Assembly (NCBI GenBank): GCA_043228905.1
Contig: JBHGNT010000061.1
Coordinates: 62,001 to 126,000 of the forward strand
Length of the DNA stretch: 64,000 bases
Direction: 5' to 3'
DNA from: Azolla caroliniana
Lineage: Eukaryota > Plantae > Polypodiophyta
Position numbers and translations under genes: made by a program
In this document: one piece after another, positions 62,101 to 64,000 of the stretch
Layout: the number at the start of each line of letters is the position of its first letter
Position numbering within the stretch: position 1 is the first letter of the stretch
Notes under the pieces: generated by a model
The model's input: only the letters and a program-made list of their open reading frames with translations
The model's database searches: none
What the model was told of the DNA's origin: nothing

Positions 62101-64000
62101 TCCTCAAATTTGGTAATTTCATCATGTCTCTCGACCTGAGTTTCAAAATCTTGATTTTTTAATTCCATATCATAGCTAGCGTTGTTAGCTTCGATTCACA
62201 TGTTTGAACACAAAAATCCGATATTACACGAGCCAGGTATGAACATTTTAATTTACTCAAGCGCTCCTCTCAACTCACTCCTCAAACTTGGTAATTTCGT
62301 CATGTCTCTCGACCTGAGTTTCAAAATCTTGATTTTTTAATTCCATATCATACCTTGCGTTGTTAGCTTCGATTCGCATGTTTGAACACAAAAATCCGAT
62401 ATCACACGAGCCAGGTATGAACATCTTAATTTACTCAAGGGTTCCTCTCAACTCAATCCTCAAATTTGGTAATTTCATCATGTCTCTTGACTTGAGTTTT
62501 AAAATATTGATTTTTTAATTCCATATCATAGCTAGCGTTGTTAACTTCGATTCGCATGTTTGAACACAAATACCCGATATCATACGAGCCAGGTATGAAC
62601 ATTTTAATTTACTCAAGGGCTCCTGTCAACTCACTCCTCAAATTTGGTAATTTCATCATGTCTCTCGACCTGAGTTTCAAAATCTTGATTTTTTAATTCC
62701 ATATCATAGCTAGCGTTGTTAGCTTCGATTCACATGTTTGAACACAAAAATCCGATATTACATGAGCCAGGTATGAACATTTTAATTTACTCAAGGGCTC
62801 CTCTCAACTCACTCCTCAAATTTGGTAATTTCATCATGTCTCTCGCCCTGAGTTTCAAAATCTTGATTTTCTAATTCCATATCATAGCTAGCGTTGTTAG
62901 CTTCGATTCGCATGTTTGAACACAAAAATCCGATATCACACGAGCCAGATATGAGTATTTACATTTACCTACAAGCTCTTCTCAACTCACTCCTCAAATT
63001 TGGTAATTTCGTCATGTCTCTCGACCTGAGTTTCAAAATCTTGATTTTTTAATTCCATATCATACCTTGCGTTGTTAGCTTCGATTCGCATGTTTGAACA
63101 CAAAAATCTGATATCACACGAGCCAGGTATGAACATTTTAATTTACTCAAGGGCTCCTCTCAACTCACTCCTCAAATTTGGTAATTTCATCATGTCTCTT
63201 GACCTGAGTTTTAAAATCTTTATTTTTTAATTCTATATCATAGCTAGCGTTGTTAGCTTCGATTTGCATGTTTGAACACAAAAATCCGATATCACACGAG
63301 CCAGGTATGAACATTTTAATTTACTCAAGGGCTCCTGTCAACTCACTCCTCAAATTTGGTAATTTCATCATGTCTCTCGACCTGAGTTTCAAAATCTTGA
63401 TATTTTAATTCCATATCATAGCTAGCGTTGTTAGCTTCGACTCACATGTTTGAACACAAAAATCCGATATTACACGAGCCAGGTATGAACATTTTAATTT
63501 ACTCAAGCGCTCCTCTCAGCTCACTCCTCAAATTTGGTAATTTTATCATGTCTCTCGCTCTAAATTTCAAAATCTTGATTTTGTAATTCCATATCATAGC
63601 TAGCGTTGTTAGCTTCGATTCGCATGTTTGAACACAAAAATCCGATATCACACGAGCCAGATATGAACATTTTCATTTACCTACAAGCTCTTCTCAACTC
63701 ACTCCTCAAATTTGGTAATTTCGTCATGTCTCTCGACCTGAGTTTCAAAATCTTGATTTTTTAATTCCATATCATACCTAGCGTTGTTAGCTTCGATTCG
63801 AATGTTTGAACACAAAAATCCGATATCACACGAGCCAGGTATGAACATTTTAATTTACTCAAGGGCTCCTGTCAACTCACTCCTCAAATTTGGTAATTTT
63901 ATCATGTCTCTCGCTCTGAATTTCAAAATCTTGATTTTCTAATTCCATATCATAGCTAGCGTTCGATTCGCATGTTTGAACACAAAAATCCGATATCACA
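59124..64000 (-). repeat. 178-bp satellite array in inverted orientation, distinct subfamily (~27 monomers, runs off the window)
   Basis: Reverse complement of the same monomer (TTCAAAATCTTGATTTTTTAATTCCATATC...CACACGAGCCAGGTATGAACATTTTAATTTACTC). Diagnostic differences in monomer sense are GAGGAGTGAGTTG, GGAGCCCTTGAG and GAGCTTGTAGGTAAATG. Confidence 0.97.

Noticed and set aside
1-64000. Identity with Arabidopsis CEN178/CEN180, 5S rDNA or a tRNA/snRNA array
   Set aside because: The length matches CEN178, but I see no sequence resemblance to its consensus as I recall it. No 5S, tRNA or Pol III box structure is recognisable.

Overview
This is eukaryotic, almost certainly plant, heterochromatin with a centromere-like or pericentromere-like layout. 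No host gene, RNA gene or CRISPR array is visible. About 86% of the window is a single 178-bp tandem satellite family: a + oriented array at 1-52597 and an oppositely oriented, sequence-distinct subfamily at 59124-64000. The + array is interrupted once, at 3075-5406, by a 5'-truncated Ty1/copia element with an open RT-RNase H frame and a 3' LTR. The strand switch coincides with a 6.5-kb island (52598-59123) of truncated Ty1/copia pieces: a probable orphan LTR, a Tnt1/Tork-like INT-RT-RH element with 3' LTR, an inverted related RNase H/LTR fragment, and an LTR-PBS-gag-protease element. The array contains local higher-order repeats (5/6-, 7-, 24- and 26-monomer periods), recent near-identical duplications and deletion-variant monomers. 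I see no convincing new protein-coding system. The notable signals are structural: array inversion at a TE island, a possible recombinant LTR junction, length-compensating deleted monomers and a hairpin framing a polypurine tract. All coordinates were counted by eye and lineage names come from memory of motifs, not from searches.
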